Positions 28,539 through 41,495 of a stretch of DNA of 64,000 nucleotides are shown here, in pieces. Within the stretch, counting starts at the first letter, position 1. Each line of letters starts with the position of its first letter. Location: assembly GCA_050084985.1 (NCBI GenBank), contig JBITNC010000001.1, forward strand, positions 40,300,001 through 40,364,000, read 5' to 3'. The notes under the pieces are model-generated. The model ran no database searches and was not told the origin of the DNA. It was given only the letters and a program-made list of their open reading frames with translations. The position numbers and the translations under genes were made by a program. Origin of the DNA: Nageia nagi (Eukaryota; Plantae; Pinophyta).

Positions 28539-28748
28539 GTGTTGACTCTAGGGGAACAAAATCTTCAACAACTCTCATATGTGATCTATTCAAAGCTATC
28601 CTTATTCCCAAAATATATTGGAAAATATCAATTGAATGATATTGATCATAAATACTACAAATTGGAGTTTTTACATAATAGTAATCACCCTCCATTCTTC
28701 TCTGAATTTTTTATACAAACTTGGGGATTTTATGGTATTGTGTTATAG
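28539..28748 (+). mobile_element. Highly decayed Gypsy integrase C-terminal (GPY/F) remnant
   Basis: 'SKLSLFPKYIGKYQL...YKLEFLHNSNHPPFF' resembles KL.P.YIGPY...YKLELP...HPVF. Confidence 0.4.
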
Positions 28749-29154
28749 CCCTTTGACCCTATTTCAAAATAAATTCTATATCAAATAACTAAAAATCAAG
28801 CAAAATCAAAATACAATCTACAAATCATTACTAACAGTTCTTTTAAGAGTTCAAAAATAGATAGTTACACATGAATACCCAACTTCAATGGGCTCCAAAG
28901 AACATAAAAATAATCTATTTGACAATGAAACCATTGGAGATAGTGATTTGTATTTTAGTGCTAAAATATCCTTAGTATTCCTTAATCTATTATTTCTAGT
29001 AGATAGGATCATAACTAGTTTTTCTTATTCTATTATATTCCCTAGCTTGAGGAAGTGTGGCAATACACTACTTCTATATAGTTCTAGCAAAACTTTGATC
29101 AAAGAATTCCTAAAAAGCAATATCAATTAACACCATGTCCCCCTATGTATAATG

Positions 29155-29471
29155 TGTTATGAACCAAGTTCCCAAAATAGCATAAAATCACATGAGAAAG
29201 AGCTCAACACCTTGAATAAGAGGTAAAATTAGTAATAATAAGCCACTTCAAGGGGACAACCTCTTTTGTATTACATCAAATACACAATAATACACAATCA
29301 AATGATAATACCTCCTTAGTATATATAGGAGTCCAAGGGGTGCCACTATAATGAAAGGACACTAGCCGACATAACAATAATAATGTAAGAGAATAACAAT
29401 AACCATAGTGGGCTTCTATGGGACACATAATAACAATATATGGGCTACATGAGTAGTATAGGGACCTAACA
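29155..29471 (-). repeat. 3' LTR (~317 bp) of the IFG7-like Gypsy
   Basis: Minus-strand termini TGTTAGGTCC...GGTTCATAACA. PPT GAAGGAGAGGGGCA lies immediately inside (29472-29485). Confidence 0.82.
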
Positions 29472-29499
29472 TGCCCCTCTCCTTCAAAAAAAATGTTGT

Positions 29500-32400
29500 C
29501 CTCAACGTTTGAGTAGTTCTGGATGCTTCTATAGAAAATTCTCATCTTCCCATGTGGAATCTTCAGCAGGTAGGTTCTTCCACTTAATGAGATACTCTAA
29601 AATTGATCAATTTCTTAGCTTATAGATTCTTGATTTAGTGATTACTTTTGGCTCCACTATAATTTTCCCTTCCTCATTGAGTTCTAGAAGTGTAGTTTGA
29701 ACTAGGATCTTGTCATCGATAACCTTGTTTAAGCATGAAACATGAAAAATTGGGTGTACTCACGAAGAAGCTGAAAGCTCCAATTTGTATGCCATACTAC
29801 CAATATTTTGCAACACCTTATAAGGCCCATAGTACTTGGGAGATAGTTTGTTATCCTTCTTAGATTACTTGAGGGACATCTATTTGTATGGTTGTAGCCG
29901 TAAAAACACCCAATCACCCACTGCAAAACTTCTTTCACTATGATGTTGATCTTCTTGTTGTTTCATTCGATTATGTGCCAAGGTCAAGTTATATTTTAAG
30001 AGTTGGAGAACTTGTTGTTGATGCTCGATGTGATCTTCCACTACTTGAACCTTTGATGTGTCTCTTAGATATGATGTGATGGATGGTGGATGATATCCAT
30101 AAAGTGCCATAAATGGGGTCATTTTTGCTATGGTATGGAAGGAACTGTTATACCACCATTCTGCCAAAGATAACCACTTAACCCATTATGTTTGTTTATC
30201 AAATACAAAGCAATGAAGATATCCTTCCAAACATTTGTTCACTATATCAGTTTTCCCATTAGATTGAGGATGATAAGATGAGCTATGAGCCAATTGAGTA
30301 CCGAGATAAGAAAATAATTCTATCCAAAAATTTCCAGTGAAAATGGGATCTCTATCACTTAAAATAATCTTTAGGTTTCCATGTAATTTTTGAACTATCT
30401 CCATGAATGCAGTAGCAACTGTACTAGCTTTGAAGGGATGGGATAGTGCATAAAAGTGTGCATAGTTGGTAAGTCTATCAACAACCACCATGATGACACT
30501 CTTTCCTTTAGACTTGGGTAGACCCATGATAAAATCCATTGAGACTTCCTCCCAATGCTAACTTGGAATGGGTAATGGTTGTAAAATACCTAGGGTCTTG
30601 ATTGTCTCAACTTTATTTTGTTGGCAAACCAAACATTTTGCCACAAACTTTTGGATATCAGATTTAAGGCCATTAAAAAAAAATTCGTTCTTGACTTTGT
30701 GATAAGTTTTTAAAACTCCATTCCTTAAGGTTATGGGAAGTTTCCATTCCTTGATGGCTTTAATTTTATTAGGGTCTAGCTTAACACCCTCATGAGACAT
30801 GATATGATCCAAATATTCCACCTCCTGTACCCTAAAGAAACATTTGGATATTTTTGCATACAATTGTTATGCCTCCAATAGTTTGAGCACCCTATCAACA
30901 TGTTGAACATGATCTTCCCAAGACTTGTTGTAGATTAGTATATCATCAAAGAATACTAACACAAATTTTCTAAGGAAGGGTTTGAAAAAGGTGCATTAGT
31001 AAGGCCAAAGGGCATGACCAAGAATTCATAATGACCTTCATGAGTTTTGAATGCTATTTTTGGAATGTCTTCTATCTTCATTCTAATTTGATGATATTAT
31101 GAGCAAATATCTAGCTTGGTGAAGTATGTTTCTCCATGTAATTCATCTAACAATTCATCAATGATATGAATGGAAAATTTATCTTTAATAGTGAGCTTGT
31201 TTAGCTCTCTATAATCTGGACACATGTACCATGCTCCCTCCTTCTTAAGCACCATTACTACTAGGGAAGAGAAAGAACTTTGGCTTGGTAGAATTATACC
31301 TATTTCTAGCATTTTTGTAACCATATGTTCAATTTCACTCTTCTGGGCATATGGATATCTATAAGGATTGATGTTGGGAGGAACACTTCTTGGAATTAAG
31401 GTAATACCATGATCATGATCTCAATTAGGAGGGAGACCTTTGGGAGTATCAAATACCTTGGGATACTTATCAATGACTTTCTGGAGATATGGAGAATGGC
31501 TTAGCTTAGATGTTTAGACATCTAGTGAGCATAATTGTATAATTACACCTCTTCTTTGCTTCCTCAAAAGTTTTATCATGCCATTAGAGCTGATTATATT
31601 ACAATCTTTCACTTTGATATCCCTTAATTCAAACTCTTTTCCTTCCCAAGAAAATTTCATGAAAAGTTTTTTAAAATTAAAAGCCATTATTCCCAATGAT
31701 TGTAACCATTGGACCCCTAAGACAATATCAGCAGCATCAATTAGAATGGTAATCATTGGACTTTTCAGTACATATTTCCCCATGGTTATATTGATATTAT
31801 GGCACTTCTTAAGCAATTTATAGTTCCTCCATTTGCAACCATCACTTGAAACTCTAGCACTGGATATATGAAGCAATTCAAATCTTTGGCTATCTTGGAA
31901 TGAATAAAATTATGTGTACTACCAGAGTCAATCAACACTATTACCTTTTTCTTCTTGATATATCCTTCTATATTGAGAGATTAAGGAGATGTAATTCTAG
32001 CCAATGCATTACAAGATATGGTGGGAGTCATTTCTTCAGTAGTAATCTCTTATAATTCTTCAAGTGTGGATGATTTTTCTTCTTCTTCTTCTTCCTCTTC
32101 ACATTCTATGTAGAATAATTTCTTATCCCCACACTTATGTCCTTTACTGTACTTGCTATCACAATTTGAAGCATAGACCCTTTGCTCGTCTTTCATCCAT
32201 TTGTTGAGGTGTTAACCTTGTAGGTTTAGGTAAGTGAGAAGAAGGAACATTATTTTCTTTATAGGTGTTTAAGGGGAACCTTTTAGTAGCCATTGCCATA
32301 TTTTTACTTTCAACCTTCCTTGCCATCCTAAAAGCCATCTCTAAGGATGTTGGTTCAAACAGACACACCTCATGTTGAATGTTATCCTTTAAGGTTCCCA

Positions 32401-33190
32401 TAAAGAGATCCAATAATCTATCACTTGGTATGTCATTCACTCTAAGACTCAACTTTTGAAATTGTTGAATGTACTCCATCACTAAACCTTTTTGCCTCAA
32501 ATTTGTCAATTGAGTAAAGAAGGAATTATTCTTAACATCCTCATGGTAGGCTATCAGTTCCTCTATAAAAATGGACCAAGATATAATAGAACCCTTTTTA
32601 CATTCACAAAGCTATTAGTACCATACAACCTGCTCAGGATCTAGATACAAGGATGAAATAGTTACTTTTTTTGATGTTGGTACTTGGTGTAGATCAAAAA
32701 AGTGCTTCATTTGAAATATCCAAGTGATGGGGTCCTTTCTATCAAACTTCCTCATGTCAATCTTGGGGAGTTGGATTCCCCTTGAGAACCATGCTTGATT
32801 ACTTCCATTAGTAGAAGCATATCCTCCTAAATTAGGCTTATTAATGAAGGGTTTATCTCCTTGAATAATATCATTATTTTCCTGATAACCCTGGGTCATA
32901 TCAACATCTTTAGGAATCTTTCCCTCTAGGTTTCGTATGAATTGAAAAATCTTTTCCATAGTTTGATCCATATTAGTCACCAAATCCTCCCTCAAACTGA
33001 TTAAATCAATTGATCTTACCATCCCTTTTGTCAAATCCCTTTTTAATTCCTCCAAATCACCCTTTTTTACACACCCTTTAACCAATTCTTCCAATTGGGA
33101 TATTCAAAAGGATATGTCTTCACTTTTTGCTATAGTCATGGATGAACCCTCTAGAGGTCTAGGTGGTGTAGCAATTGTTTTTGGTGGCAT
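29500..33190 (-). mobile_element. IFG7/Reina-like Gypsy gag-PR-RT-(RNaseH deleted)-INT-chromodomain, degenerate; 5' LTR not found
   Basis: Gag 'GIQLPKIDMRKFDRKDPITWIFQM', protease 'IDSGSTHNFI' (~31905-31935), RT ORF 31097-31324, integrase ORFs 30186-30539 and 29880-30167, chromodomain 'KWKNLPAEDSTWED' (~29544-29585). Confidence 0.92.
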
Positions 33191-34410
33191 TTTGACTGAG
33201 TATTACTATGGAGTAGGAACTTCCCAAATGTTTTAGTCAAAGGTCCTCATAGGAGTGTTCAGTTCTCACAAACCATGATATACCATAGGGTCCAACAATA
33301 GTACTTAGCCCAATATTTCAGAGCTCCAACCAAAGAGGATAGACCATACCCTTGGTCGTACTACCCAACTTACTTTTGGTACATGTGGGTAGTCTCCCTG
33401 AGTGTTGTTCTCAATGTATTGCAAAAAAAATATGGTCAAAAGATTAACTTGGTTGGTTTCGATATTCTAGGGGGTCTCCCTATATATGCAAGGTACGTGG
33501 GAGCTCAAATCTATGATAGTGTTGTCTAATGCACAACAATTCAAAAAGGGCCCTTGCTAATATACTTGTAGTATGTGAGGGAATACTAAAGGACCTCTCT
33601 ATATACCATGTATGTGCATGAGAATGATGGCCTCTCTATATACTCAAAGGTACGTGAGAGAATCCAATAGTGGCCTAAGCGATATACTGCGAGTATGTTG
33701 TAGGAGACCATAATTCCTTGAGATGCAATGTTGGCAAAGTAATAATAGCTCCTATGTTTAAATATGTCAAAACACATATATACCTACAAGACTCTCCTCT
33801 TTCTCCTCTTTCCAATAGCTTTTGAATCACCCCAAATAGACCTTCCAATCAAAATATATGCAAATTTAAAAAAATTGTACCTTTTTAAATCGTGATTTGG
33901 AGACTGTTCTATTATCTAACCTTCCAATTGATGTAAATCTAAATTTTTGGTCCTTTAGAGTCTAAAATTTCTACCTTTGGTAGCCTCAGATGTCTTATTT
34001 TAAATACCATAGGTTTCATCAAATTCTAATATTCCAATAGGAAATGGCTACAACTTTCCCAAAATATGCTAATTTTTGGATTTTTCAGAAGAGCGAACTT
34101 GTATGAAGTGTCATGTGTCACTTGTTTATTCCTAGACCTTGAAAATTGTACTAGATAAATTCAATCTATATTATGTCCCCTCTTTTCCTTGGTTATGACA
34201 TGATGGATCTCTCATCATAGGAGATATCTCAGAAAAAATATCTTAGATAATATTTTTGCACAAGATATCTCAAATATAAACATTAATATCATGATATAGA
34301 TGATACGATAAGTGATAAGGATGTAAACCTATCCTTGGTGACTTACCCACCAAGAGTTATGAAGAGAGATTACCAATATATTCGTATCATATTGGTTTCC
34401 CAATCCATTA

Positions 34411-34640
34411 TGTTTCCATGGATTTTTGATATGGATTACCCTTCCTTACAAAGGTGTCAAGTGATAAGAGTGACTAAATTGGTTGCCCCAAGTCACCATG
34501 TTTCCATGGATTTGTTGATATGAATGACCCTTCCTTACAAAAGTGCCAAATAATAAGAGCAACCAACTTGGTTACCCCAAGCCACCATGTTTCCATGGAT
34601 TTTGTTGATAAGAGTGCTTCTTCCTTATGAAGGTAGCCAA
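34411..34640 (+). repeat. ~88-89-bp tandem repeat (~2.5 copies plus a decayed copy upstream)
   Basis: TGTTTCCATGGATT starts at 34411, 34499 and 34588. Confidence 0.85.
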
Positions 34641-36249
34641 ATATCAAGAGCAACAAACAATATTGACAAGCATCATTTTTGCAATAATAGATAAGATATG
34701 ACAAGCAACTAAAGGAAGTATTTAGACTTCTAAAGATAGGTATTATCCCTTTATATATTGATAAGCATAATTTGAAAAAAAATAATGATACAATTCCACA
34801 ATCATTGATTGTGATAAATGACAAGAATGATATAATACATATGCAATCGATGAAAAGTCATTTTTTGAGAAATTAGTCAAGAGATAAGCAATGGATAATA
34901 TTAACAATTTAAAAGCAGTTGATATGAGACATGCAATGCAAGAACTTGAGACAAAAATAACATTTTCCCATGCTATGAGTATAGTTTTGAAATTCATTAA
35001 GGAAATATAAGAAAAAACTTAGTTTTTTATCTATTTAGCATTTATATGAGATAGACAAGACAAAAATAATGTAAGTTTAAGTTGATACTCCAATAGTAGC
35101 TTAAGATACACAACAATGATGTTGGATTAAGAAGATAGTTTTGAGAAAACAAAGATTTACATAATTATGATTTTCCCTTACGATTAAAGAAAATGCTACC
35201 CAATGTCCTAAAATGCACAAGATGCTTCCACTTTTAAAGTTCATGACCATTTTAATTTCACTAGTTTTCGCAAAGGGGGTTTTGATAGATTTGAGTTAAT
35301 TTAATGACATAGGCGTTCCTTTTTATTCCATGTAGGTCATTTGCAAGTTGATGATTTTAAAATTTTAGAAAAGCGATGATTTATGCCAGTGAGGATGCTA
35401 GGATCCTAATGATAGCACTCCATTATGGGGAGATTTTGGTGTTGAAATACTATTCACAACCATAAGTGTTAAGGTTTAATGATAAAAAGAGGTTTTGGCT
35501 CATTTGATTGGAAAATGAAATGGTAAATTTGTAAAAAGGGGTTCCAAATAGTTTATACATAATAAGTATTATAATTCATTTGCATATTCTTGATTGGTGA
35601 GTTTGAGCTTTGGTCCTCAAATTAGTTGTTTCCTATTTGAATTCTGTGAGGGTTGTAGGAGTGTTTTTGGCTTAGATAGGATTAATTATTTCTCATATGG
35701 CTCAACAAATTACATATCAATAGGGTCATAGGGATCTTGTTGTTCATTCTTTTCCCAAGAGGTACCAACTACTAAAAATTTTATCATATTCTTAGTCTAT
35801 TCATAGATTAGGATATTTTTGATGGATTGGATTATCAATTTGGCTAATTTTTTATGAAATTTCTAAAATTTTTGAAATGTTTAGGATAAAAATATCATGA
35901 TAGGTTTTTGTATGCATGGAGGGAAGAAAATATCATTTTTACCATGAAATAGGTAAAAAATCTAATGGGTTTTCAAAAATTTTGAGAAATGATGCCTTAA
36001 ATAGGGTGATGTCATTAGCATCCTAGCACCACTGCTAGGTTAAAAATTTTAGCAAAATTTATAATTTAGCTGCTATATGGTTTTTAAGATAGTTTTACAA
36101 AATTTTGAAAAACTTGGACCTAAAGACATGTTTTAAGCAAGATGATTATTTGTGCAAAATTTTACTTTTTGTTGCTTTAATTATTTTTTGCTTTTATGAC
36201 ATTGTTATTGATAAATTTTTATTTGTACATGTACTTGTTATACTATGAG

Positions 36250-37550
36250 ACATGGAGTTCGATCATGAATGTGACAATGAATTTTGAGCTTATGGTTATA
36301 GAGAGAGCATCACTAGATACTTATGGCTTAGGTCACATGAAGGGCATGTCATGCATCCCATGTGATAAGTACTTCTTAATTTCCATGATGGAGCATTAGT
36401 GTGATGACACCAAAACATTCCACCTACCGATGAGAGAAATCACCATCACTCTAGCTGAAATCCATTGCATCTTATGGGTACCCATGAAGGGTACATTGGT
36501 TTAGAAGGAAACTCTATCTATGGCTGAGATGGAGGAGCACTGTTATTGGTTAATGGAGGTGTAAGACTACCATCAGTAGAAGAAGAGTGCACTCTTTCAT
36601 GACACCATGTATATGCCCCTAGAGAACATAGATATAGTCCACTGGTTTAGAATTTATATAGTCATTCTTCTCAACATTATCTTATGTAACAATAAGAACC
36701 ACAAGTGCTTTCACATTAGCTACATTCCCATAGTGCAAGGGATATGCCTTCATAGGGAGAGATATGCATGACACCTGATATTCATAGCTTTGTCTCTATG
36801 AAGGTAGGGGCAATATAGTGGCACACTCTTTCATCTTATAGGCTTGCATGTATGAGGATATCATAGTAGCTAAGACCTACTTACCTACTACCACATGGGT
36901 AGACATGCCCTATTGGTTTTGATGGAATACCAAATAGAGAATGAGCGCAACACAAGAGGTTGAGTAGTGTTGTAGAATTCTATACCTATTGGATGAGGAG
37001 GTTATCACTTAGGATCCTTACTTTGACCTACCATTATGGGATGAGATGGAAAAATCTATTATGAAGCATGACCCCTTTCCATATCTAAGGTCAATGCTAG
37101 GTGGTAGAGTTTTATTAGCTTGATAAGGTTCTTTGATAGTTTGACATGATGTAGGATATGCCAATGCCTAGGGTGTGGTCGAATGTGGCCTAAAACTATA
37201 GATATCATACCATCCCCCCAAGAGTGTTATTCATTCCAACATAGAGTGTGGAGTTGGGAGATTTCTTAAGATCATGCCCCTAGAGTACCTACCCCTATCA
37301 TTAGCACACTTCGAAGTACTGATGATGGTGGGACATAGTAAGGCCTATGCCACTAGGCCTCAACAACAAGGGAGAGGAGGAGGTGGAGGATACAATGGTA
37401 GAGGAGGAGCTGATGGACATGAAGGAGCCTATGGATACCAAAAACCTACCAACACCATCCCAAATGGTGTATCCATCCAAACTATCTACATTAGGAGCTA
37501 TTGGCCCCTTGATCGACACCTTAGGTATACCATTAAAACCCTAAAATCTT
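36250..37550 (+). pseudogene. PMD-domain ORF with acidic C-terminal extension, antisense to the inverted Tat/Ogre-like element
   Basis: 'GLGHMKGMSCIPCDKYFLISMMEH*CDDTKTFHLPMREITITLAEIHCILWVPMKG' and later 'ACMYEDI'. Clearly homologous to 9557-9775. Confidence 0.85.
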
Positions 37551-37939
37551 AATAGAGATACAACCTAAAAAGAAACTAACAACTATACACCTATTAATAG
37601 GGCTAGACAAATAGGTAGTAGTACTAAAGGCATAGGTGGCTAGCCTCTAGGCATAACTAATAGACAGGGATGAGCACATAGGTGCTCTAGGGGGATAGAT
37701 AGAGATATTATAGTCTCTACCCCACATGATACACCAGTAATGGTTTAGGAAAATTCAAGATATGATCATGCAAAAAGATAATCAACTCATCCAGATGGAA
37801 AATGCACTAGCAGCAGTGTCAGCTAGTAGGACGAGGTTTAGGTTTAGGAGCAGGCTAGGACTTGAAACCCATTTGTTGGTCAGAGTTCCTATGAGGGGAA
37901 CTAGTTGTACTTGCATACCATGTACTTTTTTTTGGACAT

Positions 37940-37948
<9 letters not shown>

Positions 37949-37970
<22 letters not shown>
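37949..37970. repeat. (TA)n microsatellite
   Basis: Seen directly. Confidence 0.9.
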
Positions 37971-37972
<2 letters not shown>

Positions 37973-38399
37973 CAACATATTCATATTTTTATGTGTTTTA
38001 GACATATGGATTTACCATGATTTTCTTAAATATGTTAAGATTTAACAAAATAAGGAAATTAAATAATGAAAAAATCATAAATATTTTAAGAACATACATA
38101 AATATAATGTAAAATATTCAATCATTTAAATGATGAACAAAACATGTGCAAACATTAAAAACATGACAATAATATTAATTTAGACACACATAATGTAGCA
38201 ACAACTCTAGATTCTAGTGGCACTACTAGGATATGAGGAAGAGAAGCAAAAAGGTTTTGAAAAAACATTAAGGAATTTGATAATACTACAACAAAAAAAA
38301 TTGAAACAACAAATAACTCATGGAATAGTCCAAACACCATCAACATCACAATCATACCTAGAACTAGTAGTTGGGGCTATGGTTGAGGGATACTCATAG

Positions 38400-40500
38400 T
38401 GTTAGTCTTTAGTTTCTTTCCATCATCATCAAACTCTGCCTTATTAATTTGAGAGAATGGATTACTGAAAATATTTAGCCTTTGGTTTTGTGGATGTATA
38501 GGTCCATCTCATTGAGGGTTCTTCTACATTGGTTTAGTCCTATGTTTCTACAAAACTTCATCTAAAACTTCATGATCAAATTTAAACTTGCCCTTATCAT
38601 GTAGGAAATGGGGACATCCAATGTTTTATTTAGATTGAGAAACGGAAGTCCGTCGATTTCAAATCGAAGCGGCTCCATTTCCATTTCCTCCATTTTAATT
38701 CATTTCTTTTCAAGTTGGAGCCCCTAATTTTGAATTATATTTTTCAAATAATGGTACACTTTTTTTTGGCATGACTTTCTTGCCTATTGAAATTATAAAA
38801 GAGTGTGCTTGATAGCTAGGAGGTTTTATGCTAGGAGGCTCTTTTATTGGTGGATAATACATTAATTTCGTAAAAACTAGAGCATCTAGGACTTCACTAA
38901 TATCTTCATGGAATTCAATATATTTTCTACGCCTCTTAGGTTCCCATACTTTAATTTCATCATGGATAACCCTAGCAACTATGTTCACTTTAGGTTCAGT
39001 TTGGTTTGTGGCTTTTTGGGTTTGTCAAGAAAGATAGGTTTGAGGATTAAAGTTTTATTCATGTGGGATAAAGGTTCATTGAATGATTTATGTTGGGATT
39101 CTTTGCTAATTATTTCATCTATTAACTTTTCATAAGGGTAGTCTTGAAAATATGAGAAATCACATCTATAGGATGGTAATAAGGTGCAAAAAAGGACATG
39201 CTTCTTTTCTTTAGTGGGAATTTGGACTTGATTAACTACTTTGGATCATTATACAATGAAATTACTAACAAGCTAACCTTATTTTTGTTTTACGATATAC
39301 ATGTCTAAGGAATATGGATCTTAGTTGATAAACAACTTGTAACGATCCAAGAATGCTTTAACAACATTATCAAAGCATGTAATACTTTCATTAGGTAGAC
39401 TAGTGAACTATTGAAATGATTCAAATTTTAAACTTAAAGGGAACAATTTAGCCAACAAATCATATTCATTTTTAAATGAAATAGCTTCTAAATGATACCT
39501 TTGCAAATGTATTCTAGGATCAAAATGACCATCAAACATAGTAAATGTTACCTATTTTTCATACTTTTTTTGGCAAATGCAATGGCAAAAGGGGTTCTCA
39601 ATACCTCATGAAATGGCAAGTACAAACTTATTGATGCAATATTTGATATAATTTTGAAGTGTATTATCTAGATTGGTTGGTTATGATGGTTCACCAATGT
39701 CTTTTTTTTCCTTACCTAACCCTGCAAATAATCCAAAATAATGAATCTTTTCTTATTCTAGATTTTTGATAAATGAATTGACCATATCCATTTTGGTTTA
39801 GATGAAGCTTTTATGAAGGTGATGTTGAGATTTAGTAAGCTCAATTATTTACATAATATAGCATATTTTTCATCCAATAATCTAGTTCTTCTTCTCAATT
39901 TGAATTCTATTATAGGGTCTTTTCATCATCCAACTAATAGGGATAATAGATTTGTTAAGTGCTTCATGCTCTGTGATATCAATTAGCTCTTCTTCATTGA
40001 TGTCATCTTTCTGATCTTCTTTTAGGATGGAAAAATATGTTGGATTACAAAACATATTTTAGGATCTCGAGGATGTGGAGTGGTTTGAATAGGATTTTAG
40101 TTAGGTATCACAGTAATGGTGCTAGTCTCCATAGTGTCACAAGGATCTTGTTGGTTTTTACGCATTTGGTTTTGATCAAAGGGTTGGGGATGATATTTTG
40201 TAATGGATAAACCTATTATGGATTTAATTACTTATAGGTTTATCTACAAGGGGTTAAAGTCATATCATTTTGAGTCTATTGGATCATTTACCTTTATTTA
40301 GCATATTTAGGATTTGTATCCCCTTCCTATAAGCTTTGGAAAAGGAGAGGAAGAAATTATTTTGTAGCTAATAATTTTCTACCATGGAGAGTGGTAAATA
40401 TATTGATAAGTATCTCTGATGCATTTTATGGTAGTTCATCAAGTTCTAATGGGTTTATTTTTTCATCTTCCTCAGCTAAGTTACTACAATCTTTTGATGC
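38400..40500 (-). mobile_element. Degenerate Tat/Ogre-type gag with no pol downstream
   Basis: Minus strand 'FDGHFDPRIHLQ' (~39501-39536), decayed zinc-knuckle-like 'FYNFNRQESHAKK' (~38760-38800), 'PFPT*DKGK'-like motif (~38587-38613). Confidence 0.6.
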
Positions 40501-40757
40501 ACTATCATATTCATCATGAAGTTGAAGCTTTCATATTATTTCACTATACCTTCATGGTGTATTCATGTTGTTCTTACATGTCCTAGTATTTTTTGGTTGT
40601 ATAAGAGGACATTCAATATTTTCTTGATTTCAAGCATCGGGTGTATCCATTTCTATCACACTTGGAAATTGATATTAGTCCTACCCAAAACCCTAAGTTT
40701 TGGGCACAACTAGTGAAAGATATAGCAATGCATAAAAAAGAAGTCAATTTAACCAAT

Positions 40758-41495
40758 TTTTATAACCAAAAATAAGAATAAAATATTACTAATTAAGGTT
40801 ATTTATAGAATATTCAATTAATCAATTTAACCATAAAATAATAGAAAAGTGATAATACAAATGATGATAATGATCTATTTGACCTTGACTTATCAAAACT
40901 AGATTTATGAAAGATACAAACCTGTACTTTAGCTATGATGATGAATGGAGGTGATATTAAAATGAAAGGGTACAAATGATGAGCCTCTCCAAAGAACAAA
41001 GCTAAATATCTAACCTTAATCTAGTGTTGATGCTAGGAACCCAATGGCATTTCTTGGCTAACTTTCTAGTTTAAACTCACCCTTTGCTCGATTTTGTCAT
41101 CTCACCTTTGATGCTTAGAATATCACTTGTAGATGAGTAAAAGATAGTAGGAATGCAAATCTTAGAGTATAAAAATTCCATAAATGATAGGTGGCATTAA
41201 GAAACATTGATAAATTAATGACATAACTAATTACCATCTATCAAGGATTTAGGATTGCGTTAGATCATGTCATGTCTATGATCATGCAAACCCTTCCACC
41301 TTTATAGGTAATAGGTAGATTACCAAGGCTCCTTCTTGGGCTTATTTTGATGTATAATGACCTGTTATGATAAAACATAAAGGTAGATGAGAGTGCACAT
41401 TGATAAAGGTATTTAATTAATAATTTAAATAAATCATTTCAAATATCTAAAAAAAGGTATTTTAATTAAACTAAAATTCCTTTTAGGTGTTAACA
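40758..41495 (-). repeat. Full-length inverted LTR (5' LTR of a minus-strand relative), with a decayed Trp-PBS at 40742-40755
   Basis: Reverse complement starts TGTTAACACCTAAAAGGAATT, like 8491, and ends GGTTATAAAA-AT-TGGTTAAATTGAC. Confidence 0.82.

Noticed and set aside
33290-36200. 5' LTR of the IFG7-like element or 3' LTR of the inverted Tat-like element
   Set aside because: No match to 29155-29471 or 40758-41495 was seen.
36196-37300. Host MAIN/MAIL-like gene
   Set aside because: Disrupted and embedded antisense in an LTR element.
37274-37552. Glycine-rich protein ORF (GRGGGGGYNGRGG)
   Set aside because: Alternative-frame reading of the GAG/GGA-rich acidic tail of the TE-borne PMD ORF.
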